A stretch of DNA of 64,000 nt from an uncultured Nitrospiraceae bacterium (GCA_963811165.1 CAWEQH010000008.1:416001-480000), one strand, 5' to 3'. Numbered from the stretch's first letter, positions 28,411 to 38,251 are shown. The notes: generated by a model not told the origin, from the letters alone. Numbers and translations: made by a program.

Positions 28411-28992
28411 CTAAAAAGGCTGATTCTGAGTGGAGCATCGAATCCTGTCGCCAAAAAAGGCACAGTTGCTGCTTGAGAATTGCGGACCAGCCGCATTTAA
28501 CTGTCTTCGGAGGTCGTTGACATAGCCCAAGAACAAACTATCACGGTAAGTGAAAAAGAGTACCGCTTCATTGTTTTCATAAACGTTCACTCCGGAGAGC
28601 ATCTTAGAGCGTCTGTCTTCTTCCTGAGCAAGAAGGGCAGTGAGTTGGTGATATTTGTCCTCAAATTGTTCCTTCGTTATTGTACCTTCTTCAAAGATCA
28701 TCGAAACCTTGATCATTTCGTTTGCAAAATAGAGGAAATCGTCCAAGTCGGGTCTCAGCTCGATAGTATTTCGATAAAACTGTTTCCAATATTCGCTATT
28801 CTTTAGTGTCCCTCCATCCACCCTGTTTTTTTCAGAATTCGCCCAGGCCAGGATTTGTTTTTTCCTTTCCTCCAATGACGGGTGAAGGGTCCATCTTTCC
28901 GTCCCAACAATCACACTACAGCTGCATAAACTACTTAGCAGAATAAGCAAGAGAACAGCTTCTCTCCAAATCTTGTATCTTTTGAGTTTCAA
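28411..28992 (-). CDS. Hypothetical lipoprotein
   Basis: 193-aa ORF with signal peptide and LCSC lipobox. Confidence 0.65.
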   Translation of the reverse strand: MKLKRYKIWREAVLLLILLSSLCSCSVIVGTERWTLHPSLEERKKQILAWANSEKNRVDGGTLKNSEYWKQFYRNTIELRPDLDDFLYFANEMIKVSMIFEEGTITKEQFEDKYHQLTALLAQEEDRRSKMLSGVNVYENNEAVLFFTYRDSLFLGYVNDLRRQLNAAGPQFSSSNCAFFGDRIRCSTQNQPF

Positions 28993-29516
28993 TTATCATT
29001 CTTGACACTGCATGCCAGTTCCTAAAAAATGCCCTATTATAGCCTATCCCTCAAAGAAGTGGTAGCGCTATTGAGAAGACGTAAAATAGTATCCGTTGGA
29101 GGCCGAAAGATGCCCCCTTTGATCTGGCGTAAAGAACTCCCCAGGATAAGGATAGCTCATCACTATCCAAAGTAAGAAGGGAAGAAGCCACTTAAAACAA
29201 AGATACATATCATAGACAAAAAAATCCGCAGTCAAAGAAGTATCTCCTTTGAGGTACTGTATGAAAAAGACATCACTCAACAGAAATGTAAATATCCCTA
29301 ATTGCAATAAACCCAGAACGTTTCAGTACTGGTATCATTGGGGTAGCAAGCGGCAGGGACATCAATGCAATTATGGTCATGGAGTAACCATAGAGCATTT
29401 TATCAATATCAGGCAGTCAGATTATTCAGACTGTTGCCTGCTACGATACCTCACAAAGTCAATAGATATGCTGGTCTGTATGGGGCCGATTCCCGCACAC
29501 TCCCTCCATTTATGCC

Positions 29517-29590
29517 TGTTTACCCCGTTAGAAAATTTTGCTGCTGAGCCATCCGGTTTGAAGGTCGAAGGTCTTCTCACGGGGTTTACA
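29517..29590. mobile_element. 74-bp MITE-like element with imperfect terminal inverted repeats
   Basis: TGTTTACCCCGTTAGAA ... TTCTCACGGGGTTTACA with TG...CA ends, flanked by ATGCC and TTGCC (near 5-bp duplication). Confidence 0.55.
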
Positions 29591-29613
29591 TTGCCTTTCC
29601 GCTATGCTAATTT

Positions 29614-29772
29614 AAATCCAAGATTACCGTTGATAGAAAAGAAATCCAGTCAACGCTCGACTCGATTGTCGATCGGCTTGTGACGATTTTTGACGTGGAG
29701 AAGATCGTGTTGTTCGGCTCTTACGTCAATGGAAAGCAGACCAGAGGCAGAGCAGGATTATCAAAACAATGA
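29614..29772 (+). pseudogene. Truncated minimal nucleotidyltransferase (MNT antitoxin-like) fragment
   Basis: EIQSTLDSIVDRLVTIFDVEKIVLFGSYVNG. No start codon upstream of this segment, and similarity is lost before the DxD motif. Confidence 0.6.
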
Positions 29773-30593
29773 GGGCATTTCTTATTTATGTTGTGTCTGC
29801 GATGTTGTCCCTGATGACGGGTTGCGCTACGCTGCCGGAGCATTATGTGTCACTTCACGACCTGAGGGCGTCGTCGCTTGAAGAAATCCTTCACCAAATA
29901 AAGAGCGAGAAAGTCATATTTATAGGCGAAAGCCACGAGGCCAGGGAAGACCATCTCGTCCAATTCGAAGTCGTGAGGCGGCTGCATGAAAGCGGTGAAG
30001 ATGTCGTCATTGCCCTTGAAATGTTCCCCTCGGGGGCACAGCCGCTCCTGAATCAATGGATAGGGGGCGAAATTTCCGAGAGTGATTTCAAAAGGGCTTA
30101 TTCCTCGGTATGGAATGTCCCTTATGAATATTATTCGGACATATTCGAATATGCAAGGCGGGCCGGGATCCCCCTTGCCGGAATTAATGGGGACAAAGCC
30201 CTCATCAACAACGCCGCCAAAGCGGGCGTAGATACATTGCCCCGGGAAGTTCGCCAAGCGGTGGGGGCCCTCTCATGCGAAAGGGCCCCTGAGTACAGAC
30301 GCATGATCGATCTTTTCGAGGTAAAGGGCGTGCACGTCTCAGGAATGCCTTTTTTTTGCGACGCACAGTTGTTGCGCGACAGCCTGATGGCATACAATAT
30401 CGTCGGCATACTCAAAAGAGGCAGATTCACGGTCGTTGCCTTGGTCGGCTCTGTTCACGCCTTAAAAGCGGCGGTCCCGGGGATCCTTTTCAAATATCAT
30501 AATGTAAAAAGCGCGGTCCTTGTCTCAAAGGTGTTTGCGGACCTGGTATCACGGGAAGCGGATGCGGAAATAGCTGATTATATCTGGTATTAA
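29769..30593 (+). CDS. ChaN family lipoprotein (heme-binding/iron uptake)
   Basis: Lipobox MTGC; VIFIGESH, ALEMF, QLLRDSLMA and LVGSVH motifs. Confidence 0.85.
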   Translation: MRAFLIYVVSAMLSLMTGCATLPEHYVSLHDLRASSLEEILHQIKSEKVIFIGESHEAREDHLVQFEVVRRLHESGEDVVIALEMFPSGAQPLLNQWIGGEISESDFKRAYSSVWNVPYEYYSDIFEYARRAGIPLAGINGDKALINNAAKAGVDTLPREVRQAVGALSCERAPEYRRMIDLFEVKGVHVSGMPFFCDAQLLRDSLMAYNIVGILKRGRFTVVALVGSVHALKAAVPGILFKYHNVKSAVLVSKVFADLVSREADAEIADYIWY

Positions 30594-30749
30594 TGCCCGA
30601 AACATGCGGGGCATTCTTTCTTGTTTCTCCCATGCAAAGGACAGATCGGAAGACTTGGGCGGGCCGATTTCCATTTTCGGTCATATTCCAATATGGACCG
30701 TTGTTGCGGTAAAATAAATAACGGTTACATCGGGACAAAGGAGAGGACG

Positions 30750-30995
30750 ATGAAAGAGGAAAAAAGGCCGGCCGATATGTCGATTGAAGAACTGAGGGCC
30801 GAGCTCGAGCGGGCCAAAGACAACCTATGCGATTTCGAGGAGATGCATGCATTTACCTTCGGGGGGAAGACCACTCTCCATATGAGTGCCGAAAAGGCGC
30901 AGAATATGCAGCTTGAATTCGAGGAGGAGTGCAGGGCGTATAACGAGCGCATCGCCGAGATTGAAAAAGAGCTCAAGACAAGAGGCGCACTCTGA
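30750..30995 (+). CDS. Small coiled-coil hypothetical protein
   Basis: SD AAGGAG before ATG 30750; helical charged sequence. Confidence 0.65.
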   Translation: MKEEKRPADMSIEELRAELERAKDNLCDFEEMHAFTFGGKTTLHMSAEKAQNMQLEFEEECRAYNERIAEIEKELKTRGAL

Positions 30996-31004
30996 CCGGT
31001 TTTT

Positions 31005-32873
31005 TTATCCGATGCTCTCCATAAATCTTCGCCCGTAGTCCTTCGTCTCAATCCTCTCGTCACAAATTATCACCCGTCCCCTGTCGTCCCTTGACCGTAT
31101 CAGCCGACCGAACCCCTGTTTGAACTTGAGCACCGCCCTCGGAAGCGAATAGTCGCGGAAGGGATTGCCGCCCCTTTTCCTGATCTCCTCCGCGCGCGCG
31201 ACGATAAGCGGCTCCGTGGGGACTTCAAAGGGCAGCTTCGTGATGATGAGACAGTTGAGGGAATCCCCCTTTACGTCGACCCCTTCCCAGAATGAGTCGA
31301 GGCCGAAGATAACACTGTTTCTGCTCTCCCTCATCTCCTGAAGCATTTTTTTGTTCGGCAGCGTACCTTGGACCATCGGGTTCAGTCCCGCCGCAAGGAG
31401 TTTCCCGGAGGCGGCCTCCCAGGTCCTTCTCATTACCTCTTTTGAAGTGAAGAGCACGAGGGTGCCGCCTTCCTCTTTTGACGACTCCGTCACGATGACG
31501 CCCGCAAGCCTCTCTACGCCTTTTTCCTGCTGCAGGTCGATGCCTCTCTCGACGCCGATCCTGACCTGGTTTCTCATATCAAAGGGAGAGGGCACGGCAA
31601 GTGTCTCGGGGCCGTCGAGGCCCAGGATGTTTTGGATGAGTCCGAAATCTCCGGCTACGGAAAGGGTCGCGGATGTCAGGATTACCGAACCGTAGGCCGG
31701 CATCAGGGTGTTGCCGACGAACTCGGAGGGGTATATGGGCGACATCCTCAAGGCGGTTTTCTTCTCCTCCACCTCGGCCCACCTGACGAATCCATCGACC
31801 TCTCCGGCAAACAGCCCCATGCCCTCGCAAAGGGAGCGGAGCTTGATGACCGCGGCTTTCAGGTCGAGCTCCTCGTCCTCGGTAAAAAGACCGACCGCAG
31901 AGGTCCTGATTTTTTCAAGGAGGGCACTTATCGAGGAAGTCAGGAGTGAAAGATGTTCTTCCAGTATGAATTTCCCTTTAATGATTTTCCTGTTTCCCGA
32001 GGCCTCCCTTACCCTGTTGAAAAACAGCCCTGCTTCCACCTTGAGCGCCTCAACGTCGGGGAAGAGCACGGGCGTTTTTGAGAGGAGTCCTTTGTAGATA
32101 CCCCTTTGGTCAACCCTGAGGAATTTAGTAAGGATTTTTTCGAGTCCCTTGTCGGAGAGATTGAGTCCGATCTGCTCCGAGACGATGCCGTCGAGTGCGT
32201 GCGCCTCGTCGACCACGAGGACCTCTGCCTTCGGAAGGATTTTTTTGTCGTCGGGCATCATCGCGTTTATGGTGAGCAGGGCGTGGTTTGTCACGACGAC
32301 CTGTGCCGATTCCCATTTCCGCCTTGCCATAAAGTAATGACAGTCCCTGGAATACGCACATTTGTTCCCCGCGCAGGCGTCGGAATCGGAACATACCTTT
32401 TCCCATATAGCGGGCCTCTTATGGTCCGTGCAATCCTCGATGTCTCCTGAATCAGTCTCTGCGGCCCACTCAAGCAGGTCCCCCCGCTCGGTCAGTTCAC
32501 CGGCGGTGTCCGGATGAAAGGCATGGAGACGTCTCAGACAGACGTAGTTGCTGCGTCCTTTCGCTACCGCATAGGCGAAACCCTTCAGGCCCGAAAGAAG
32601 TTCCAGGTCCTTTGATGCGAGTTGTTCCTGGAGGTTTATCGTCCTCGTTGAAACAACAGCCTTCCGTCCGGAAAGTATTATGGGGACAAGATAGGCAAAG
32701 GTCTTGCCTGTTCCGGTGCCTGCCTCGGCGATAAGGGTACCGCCGGCATCCGTGATACGTGCGCAGGCCTCCATCATCCTAAGCTGGGGATGTCTGAGTT
32801 CGTACCCGGCCATGGCCCCGGCCACGGCATGTACAAGGAAATTCTCTGATTCTTGTTCCAGTCCCGAAATCAT
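31005..32873 (-). CDS. DinG/YoaA-family ATP-dependent DNA helicase
   Basis: EAGTGTGKT, Fe-S cysteines, VVDEAH, TSATL, SFWEGVD and KQGFGRLIR motifs. Confidence 0.92.
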   Translation of the reverse strand: MISGLEQESENFLVHAVAGAMAGYELRHPQLRMMEACARITDAGGTLIAEAGTGTGKTFAYLVPIILSGRKAVVSTRTINLQEQLASKDLELLSGLKGFAYAVAKGRSNYVCLRRLHAFHPDTAGELTERGDLLEWAAETDSGDIEDCTDHKRPAIWEKVCSDSDACAGNKCAYSRDCHYFMARRKWESAQVVVTNHALLTINAMMPDDKKILPKAEVLVVDEAHALDGIVSEQIGLNLSDKGLEKILTKFLRVDQRGIYKGLLSKTPVLFPDVEALKVEAGLFFNRVREASGNRKIIKGKFILEEHLSLLTSSISALLEKIRTSAVGLFTEDEELDLKAAVIKLRSLCEGMGLFAGEVDGFVRWAEVEEKKTALRMSPIYPSEFVGNTLMPAYGSVILTSATLSVAGDFGLIQNILGLDGPETLAVPSPFDMRNQVRIGVERGIDLQQEKGVERLAGVIVTESSKEEGGTLVLFTSKEVMRRTWEAASGKLLAAGLNPMVQGTLPNKKMLQEMRESRNSVIFGLDSFWEGVDVKGDSLNCLIITKLPFEVPTEPLIVARAEEIRKRGGNPFRDYSLPRAVLKFKQGFGRLIRSRDDRGRVIICDERIETKDYGRRFMESIG

Positions 32874-33012
32874 TATCGCTATTCTTTCCCCTATATTATA
32901 TTTTTTCATCACACATATACTCCAGTTCACTTGCACGGCGGCTGTCTTTTCCCCGCCAAACAGGTACGGAGTCAAGTCGCCGTTATAGGTAATGTGTTAA
33001 AATGAAGACCTT

Positions 33013-34581
33013 ATGAAAAACAAAAAAGGCGTTGTATATCTCGTAGGAGCAGGGCCCGGGGACATCGGACTGCTGACGGTGAAGGGGCTTAAGTGCCTTC
33101 AGAAGGCCGAGGTCGTCATATACGATTTCCATCTGAACGCACAGATCCTAAACTACATAAGCCACGATGCGGAATTCATCTACGCCGGTAAACGCGGCGG
33201 GCACCACACGATGACCCAGGACGAGATAAACGCGGTCCTCGTGGCAAAGGGGAAGGAAGGGAAGGCCGTATGCCGCCTCAAGGGGGGCGACCCCTTTGTC
33301 TTTGGCAGGGGCGGCGAAGAGGCCCAGGTCCTGGCGGCCGAGGGCATCCGGTTCGAGGTCGTCCCCGGCGTCAGTTCTTCTGTGGCCGCACCCGCATATG
33401 CGGGGATCCCCCTTACGCACAGGCTTTATTCTTCGTCGTTTGCGGTCATCCCGGGGTACGAAGATACGACAAAAGGGGAATCCTCCATTGACTGGTCGAA
33501 ACTCGCCACCGGAGTGGGCACTCTCGTTTTTCTCATGGCGGTCAAGAACATCTCGGTGCTTACGCAAAAGCTGATAGAACACGGCCGGGACCCCGATACG
33601 CCTGTTGCCGTGATACGGTGGGGCACGCGGCCGGACCAAAGGACACTTAAGGGCACACTGAAAAATATCGCCGACCTCGTCATAGAAAAGGACATAAGAC
33701 CTCCTGCGGTCATGGTCGTCGGCGAGGTCGTCAACCTGAGGGAGGAACTGAAATGGTACGAATTGAGGCCGATGTTCGGTCACCGGATACTTGTGACAAG
33801 GGAGCATACGGAAGGCTTCGATGAACTGGAGGAACTCGGCGCGGAGGTGCTGCTGTTTTCGACGGTCGAGATAGTCCCCCCTCAGAAATGGGATGAACTG
33901 GACGGCTGCATAGAAAAAATCGGCGCCTATGACTGGGTGATATTTACCAGCGCCAACGGGGTGAAATATTTCTTCCGCAGGCTTTTTGAGAAAGCCGTCG
34001 ATATCAGGGACTTGAAAGGCATGAAGATCTGCGCGATAGGCTCGAAGACCGCCGGGGAGATAAGAAAATTCGGGCTCAGGGTCGACCTTGTTCCCGAGGA
34101 GTTCAGGGCCGAGGGGTTGATAGAGGCCTTTGTAAAAGAAGTAGGGGCGGGGTCACCCCGCCCAAACATATTGAAGGGCATGAAATTTTTATTGCCCCGG
34201 GCAGAGGTCGCGAGGGAGATATTTCCGGAAAAGGTCCGCGAACTGGGCGGCGTAATCGATGTACCTGTAACCTATAGGGCGGTCAAGCCGGAGTATCATG
34301 GCAAAAGGATGAGGCGTTTTCTCAAAGAGGGCAGGGTCACGATAGCCACCTTTACGAGCGCTGCTACCTTCAACAACTTCAGGGAGATTATGGGAGAGGA
34401 CGCCGACGCGCTCCTCAGGAATGTTGCGATAGCGGTCATCGGGCCCGTCACTGCGAAGGCCGTTGAAAAGGCAGGGCTCAAGGTCGCTATCATCCCGGCG
34501 GAGGCGACAGTCGAGGCGATGGTCGAAGAGATAAAGAGATGGGCTGAGGGTGACGCCCCCGCCCTCGGCACCCCCTCTTAA
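33013..34581 (+). CDS. cobA-hemD: Uroporphyrinogen-III C-methyltransferase / uroporphyrinogen-III synthase fusion
   Basis: VYLVGAGPGD and RLKGGDPFVFGRGGEE; HemD part with WVIFTSANGV and FTSAAT. Confidence 0.94.
   Translation: MKNKKGVVYLVGAGPGDIGLLTVKGLKCLQKAEVVIYDFHLNAQILNYISHDAEFIYAGKRGGHHTMTQDEINAVLVAKGKEGKAVCRLKGGDPFVFGRGGEEAQVLAAEGIRFEVVPGVSSSVAAPAYAGIPLTHRLYSSSFAVIPGYEDTTKGESSIDWSKLATGVGTLVFLMAVKNISVLTQKLIEHGRDPDTPVAVIRWGTRPDQRTLKGTLKNIADLVIEKDIRPPAVMVVGEVVNLREELKWYELRPMFGHRILVTREHTEGFDELEELGAEVLLFSTVEIVPPQKWDELDGCIEKIGAYDWVIFTSANGVKYFFRRLFEKAVDIRDLKGMKICAIGSKTAGEIRKFGLRVDLVPEEFRAEGLIEAFVKEVGAGSPRPNILKGMKFLLPRAEVAREIFPEKVRELGGVIDVPVTYRAVKPEYHGKRMRRFLKEGRVTIATFTSAATFNNFREIMGEDADALLRNVAIAVIGPVTAKAVEKAGLKVAIIPAEATVEAMVEEIKRWAEGDAPALGTPS
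34141..34163 (+). repeat. GTAG-type REP (family A), in frame within cobA-hemD
   Basis: GTAG-GGGCGGGG-TCA-CCCCGCCC, translated as VGAGSPRP. Confidence 0.7.
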
Positions 34582-34610
34582 GGTAGGAGGGGGAAGGGGG
34601 AGTCATGATC
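34550..34610 (-). repeat. Family B repeat, copy 2, overlapping the cobA-hemD 3' end
   Basis: Reverse complement reads GATCATGACTCCCCC...CTTAAGAGGGGG...GGGGGCGTCAC, matching 40121-40203. Confidence 0.7.
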
Positions 34611-34614
34611 GTCG

Positions 34615-35397
34615 ATGATTGCAGATAAAGATGCATACGTGACGGACCCCGGCAGGCCGCGGTCCTTGTTTTCGAGGATTTTTCTCAGTCCGAAATGGAC
34701 GTTTTATCCGCAATTCTTCCTGATCATCTGGGCCAACGGCAGGAGGGCCAAAAAAGGCCTCTACGGAGGCAGAGAGTGGGCCGAGAGCAGTTTGGATGTG
34801 ATGCGCGCCCTTGAGAATGTGGGCGTATGTATCGAGATCACCGGCATGGACAAAATAAAGGGAGTCGAGGGGCCGGCAGTCTTTATCGGAAACCACATGA
34901 GCACACTCGAGACGATGGTGCTGCCCTGCATCATCCAGCCTCTTAAAGAAGCCACCTTCATCGTGAAGAAGGACCTTCTGACGATGCCTGTCTTCGGGCC
35001 CGTGATGCGGTCGCGCGACCCCGTTGTCGTGGGCCGTGTGAACCCCAGGGAAGACCTCAAGACGGTCCTTGAAGAAGGGGTAAAGAAACTCAGGGCCGGC
35101 AGGTCCATTGTAGTATTCCCGCAGAGCACACGGTCCGTGGTCTTTGACCCGGAGGAATTCAACAGCATCGGGATCAAGCTGGCATCGAGAGCCGGTGTGC
35201 CCGTCGTACCGGTGGCGCTGAAGACGGACGCATGGGGTATAGGGAAACACGTAAAGGAGTTCGGGCCTGTGGATACCGGGAAAAAAGTCCATTTTGCCTT
35301 CGGGGAGCCGATGACAGTGACGGGCCGGGGGGCCGAAGAACACCAGACGGTAATCAGGTTTATACAGGAAAGACTCGAGGCGTGGAGCAGGGAGTAA
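34615..35397 (+). CDS. plsC: 1-acyl-sn-glycerol-3-phosphate acyltransferase (PlsC family)
   Basis: GNHMSTLET and VVFPQSTRS motifs. Confidence 0.8.
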   Translation: MIADKDAYVTDPGRPRSLFSRIFLSPKWTFYPQFFLIIWANGRRAKKGLYGGREWAESSLDVMRALENVGVCIEITGMDKIKGVEGPAVFIGNHMSTLETMVLPCIIQPLKEATFIVKKDLLTMPVFGPVMRSRDPVVVGRVNPREDLKTVLEEGVKKLRAGRSIVVFPQSTRSVVFDPEEFNSIGIKLASRAGVPVVPVALKTDAWGIGKHVKEFGPVDTGKKVHFAFGEPMTVTGRGAEEHQTVIRFIQERLEAWSRE

Positions 35398-35406
35398 AAA
35401 TCAAAA

Positions 35407-35688
35407 GTGAATGGTGAACAGAAAAAAGCAGAGGATGCAATGGACATCAGAAACGAAGACATTAAAGAGGTCCTGGTGGAGATACCAGGGGGACACCGAC
35501 ACGTAAGGACGAGGGTGTCCCTTAGCGACGGCACCGAATTGGTGTTTCAGGAGGCAGCTATGGCCAACATCGTGCGCGCTTTCATTACGGTGAAAACGCA
35601 TCCTGAGAAGACCTCGGTCAGACTGAGGGGAATGAAGACCGGCCGGAGAAAACCCGGCTACGCCGAGTGGCAATTGATAGAAGAGTAG
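35407..35688 (+). CDS. Hypothetical protein
   Basis: Operon position; EIPGGHRHVR...ELVFQEA..ANIVRAFITVKTHP; start may be ATG 35440. Confidence 0.65.
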   Translation: MNGEQKKAEDAMDIRNEDIKEVLVEIPGGHRHVRTRVSLSDGTELVFQEAAMANIVRAFITVKTHPEKTSVRLRGMKTGRRKPGYAEWQLIEE

Positions 35689-35710
35689 GGGCAAGATTCA
35701 TCACGCCCTG
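35685..35710 (+). repeat. GTAG-type REP (family A) whose TAG is the stop codon of the upstream gene
   Basis: GTAGGGGCAAGATTCATCACGCCCTG. Confidence 0.6.
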
Positions 35711-35820
35711 AATCTGTCTTTACACGAAAATCGGAGGAATTGCGGCATGGCTTCTGTTGGTAGTGTCCCTGGATGCCCTTCTGTTTCCCTTATCCCGCGC
35801 GGCGTGGTAAATTAAGTGTC

Positions 35821-36168
35821 ATGGCTCAGAAGATACTTGTGGTCGATGACGAGGACCTTATCCTTGCCTCGGTGGAGAGGGCGCTTGCAAAAGTCGGATA
35901 TTCCATCTCCTGTGCACGGGACATGAAAGAACTCGATGGGGCGATCGCAAAAGGACCTTTCGACCTGCTTATCACCGATGTCTTTATACGGGAAGGCGGC
36001 TCCCCGGGAGAGGTAATCGAAAAGGTAAAGGAGACGTCTCCTTCGGTAAGGGTCCTCAAGATGAGCGGCTCGGGAGAACGCGATATGGCCGATGACTTTA
36101 TCGAGAAGCCGTTCAGCCTAGAGGCGCTCAGGAAAAAGGTAAAAGAAATATTACATGGGCCTTCCTGA
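35821..36168 (+). CDS. Single-domain response regulator
   Basis: KILVVDDE, DLLITD, MSG and FIEKPF motifs. Confidence 0.88.
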   Translation: MAQKILVVDDEDLILASVERALAKVGYSISCARDMKELDGAIAKGPFDLLITDVFIREGGSPGEVIEKVKETSPSVRVLKMSGSGERDMADDFIEKPFSLEALRKKVKEILHGPS

Positions 36169-38251
36169 AATAGACACTTCCCTATTCTTCCTTATAAATA
36201 AAAATCTTCGAAGCGGCCTTCTCGATGTGGCGATGCCCTTCCTCTCGAACAATTCGAAGATCATCTTCCTGCCCCTTATTCTCTGGGTCGTTGTAAAGGA
36301 GCGGTCGAAGGCATGGTCATACATCGTGATGTCGCTTGTTGCGGTCGCCTTCGCAGACGCAGGGGGAGGGGTCTTAAAGAACCTGATCGCAAGGACAAGA
36401 CCATGTAACGCCCTCGAAGGCGTCAACCTCCTTGTGGGCTGCGGAAAGTCCTTCTCGCTGCCCTCAAACCATTCATCCAACGCCTTCGCCTTTGCGATGG
36501 CCTTCTGGTTTTTGCGCAGGGATGCCGCTACCTACTTCTTTGTTGTAGTTGCCGCCGCAATCGCGTTTTCGAGGGTATACGTGGGAGTGCACTATCCTTT
36601 TGATGTGGTCGCCGGCGCAGTGCTCGGCACGGGATGCGGATATGGGGCGATCAGGCTGTTTAAGTGGGCATCGGATATCTACAGGCGGAGGGATTACGGG
36701 CAGGCGCTCTTTCTTATGGTCATGGCCTTCAGCCTCTTCCGTATGTATTATATCCTCAGCAGTCCGTTGGACCTTAGCGCCGACGAGGCGCATTACTGGG
36801 AATGGGCGAGGCGGCCTGACTGGAGTTATTATTCCAAAGGGCCGATGATCGCATACCTGATCTATGCGGGAACAGCGCTCTTCGGCAATACTGTCTTCGG
36901 CGTAAGGATATTGGCAGTGGTCCTTTCGGCACTGAGCAGCGTACTGCTTTACCGGTTAGGGAAGAGGCTCTACGACGAGAGAGTGGGGCTGGTGGCGGCA
37001 CTGCTTGTTCAGGTTGTCCCCCTCTACTCGGTATACGGCGTCATCCTGACGATAGACTCCCCCTTCATCTTTTTCTGGATACTTTCGCTCTTCCTATTTT
37101 GGAAGGCGATCGAAAATAAGGGGAACCCACTCACCCTGACCCTCTCCCCCATGGGGCGAGAGGACTCATTTAATTCCCCTCCCTCGAGGGGAGGGGATGA
37201 AGAGGAGGGTGGCGGCATCGGCAACTGGATCTTGCTCGGCATTGCGGTCGGCCTCGGACTTATGACGAAATATACCATGGCCTTTTTTTATCTCTGCGGT
37301 CTCCTCTTCTTTGTCTTTCATAAAGATTCCCGGGGGTTCCTCTTTAAAAAGGGTCCGTATATTGCATTTCTTATAAGCCTTGCTGTTTTCAGTCCGGTGA
37401 TCTTCTGGAACGCCGGCCATGGCTGGGTCGCGCTTAAGCATACCGCCGGACAGGCCCACCTTGCAGACGGCCTTACGATCTCGGCCAGGGATTTTTTCGA
37501 GTTCCTGGGCTCACAGGTCGGCGTGATCACTCCTCTTCTTTTTGTGCTTATGTGTGTCGCACTCTGGAGAATGCGTAAAGACAGGGCCGGTGCCTTTACG
37601 TTTTGGTTTTCGCTGCCGGTGGTCCTTTTCTTCATCCTTAAGAGTATCCAGGGGAAGGTCCAGGCGAACTGGGCGTTGCCGGGGTACGCCGCCGGGTTCA
37701 TCGCATTCGCCGCATACTACACCCGGGATTCGATATCTTCGAAAAAACGCTCCAACATCCTTTGGGCGGCTGCAATACTTATGGCCTTTGCCCTGACGGC
37801 CTTTGCACATTTCCCCTCGGTCCTTCATCTGCCCCGGAAAATGGACCCGACCATTAGACTTGTGGGCTGGAAGGAACTCGGTCATGAGGCGACGAGGATT
37901 TATGATGAGCTCGCCTCCGAGGGGCCTGCGTTCGTATTTTCCGACAGTTACCAGCTTGCCAGCGAACTTGCCTTTTATATGAAAGGCAATCCGAGGACCT
38001 ACTGCGTAAATCTCGGCAGGCGCATGGACCAGTACGACCTCTGGCCGGGCTTCGAAAATTATATAGGCTATAATGCGGTCCTCGTGATGTATGATGAACA
38101 GGAATTCCCCGCCCAGCTCGCCGGCAGCTTCGGCAGGACCGAAAAAGTCCCGGTAACCGTAACGGTCAGGGGCGACAAGGTAATGAAATTTACGGTGTTT
38201 AAGTGTTATGATTTCAAGGGAATTAAATCCAGGCCTCCGGAGACTTTTTAA
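36155..38251 (+). CDS. PAP2 phosphatase fused to an ArnT/PMT-like (GT-C) glycosyltransferase
   Basis: K...ARTRP, PSNHS and SRVYVGVHYPFD (PAP2), then DEAHYWEW...YYSKGP, LMTKYT and SPVIFWN (ArnT-like). Confidence 0.88.
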   Translation: MGLPEIDTSLFFLINKNLRSGLLDVAMPFLSNNSKIIFLPLILWVVVKERSKAWSYIVMSLVAVAFADAGGGVLKNLIARTRPCNALEGVNLLVGCGKSFSLPSNHSSNAFAFAMAFWFLRRDAATYFFVVVAAAIAFSRVYVGVHYPFDVVAGAVLGTGCGYGAIRLFKWASDIYRRRDYGQALFLMVMAFSLFRMYYILSSPLDLSADEAHYWEWARRPDWSYYSKGPMIAYLIYAGTALFGNTVFGVRILAVVLSALSSVLLYRLGKRLYDERVGLVAALLVQVVPLYSVYGVILTIDSPFIFFWILSLFLFWKAIENKGNPLTLTLSPMGREDSFNSPPSRGGDEEEGGGIGNWILLGIAVGLGLMTKYTMAFFYLCGLLFFVFHKDSRGFLFKKGPYIAFLISLAVFSPVIFWNAGHGWVALKHTAGQAHLADGLTISARDFFEFLGSQVGVITPLLFVLMCVALWRMRKDRAGAFTFWFSLPVVLFFILKSIQGKVQANWALPGYAAGFIAFAAYYTRDSISSKKRSNILWAAAILMAFALTAFAHFPSVLHLPRKMDPTIRLVGWKELGHEATRIYDELASEGPAFVFSDSYQLASELAFYMKGNPRTYCVNLGRRMDQYDLWPGFENYIGYNAVLVMYDEQEFPAQLAGSFGRTEKVPVTVTVRGDKVMKFTVFKCYDFKGIKSRPPETF
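37125..37212 (+). repeat. Composite palindromic element in frame within the ArnT-like domain
   Basis: CCCACTCACCCTGACCCTCTCCCCCATGGGGCGAGAGG plus CCCCTCCCTCGAGGGGAGGGG, encoding PLTLTLSPMGREDSFNSPPSRGGDEEEG between TM helices. Confidence 0.75.

Larger units (their letters stand above)
27331..29508. mobile_element. Decayed genomic islet integrated at selC
   Basis: 29481-29508 matches the tRNA 3' end 27303-27330 at 23 of 28 positions. The interior is visibly AT-richer than the flanks. No integrase is present. Confidence 0.65.

Noticed and set aside
29068..29683. ORFs 29068-29307 (-) and 29249-29683 (+)
   Set aside because: No recognisable motifs; the + ORF runs across the att-like repeat and the MITE, so it is likely spurious.
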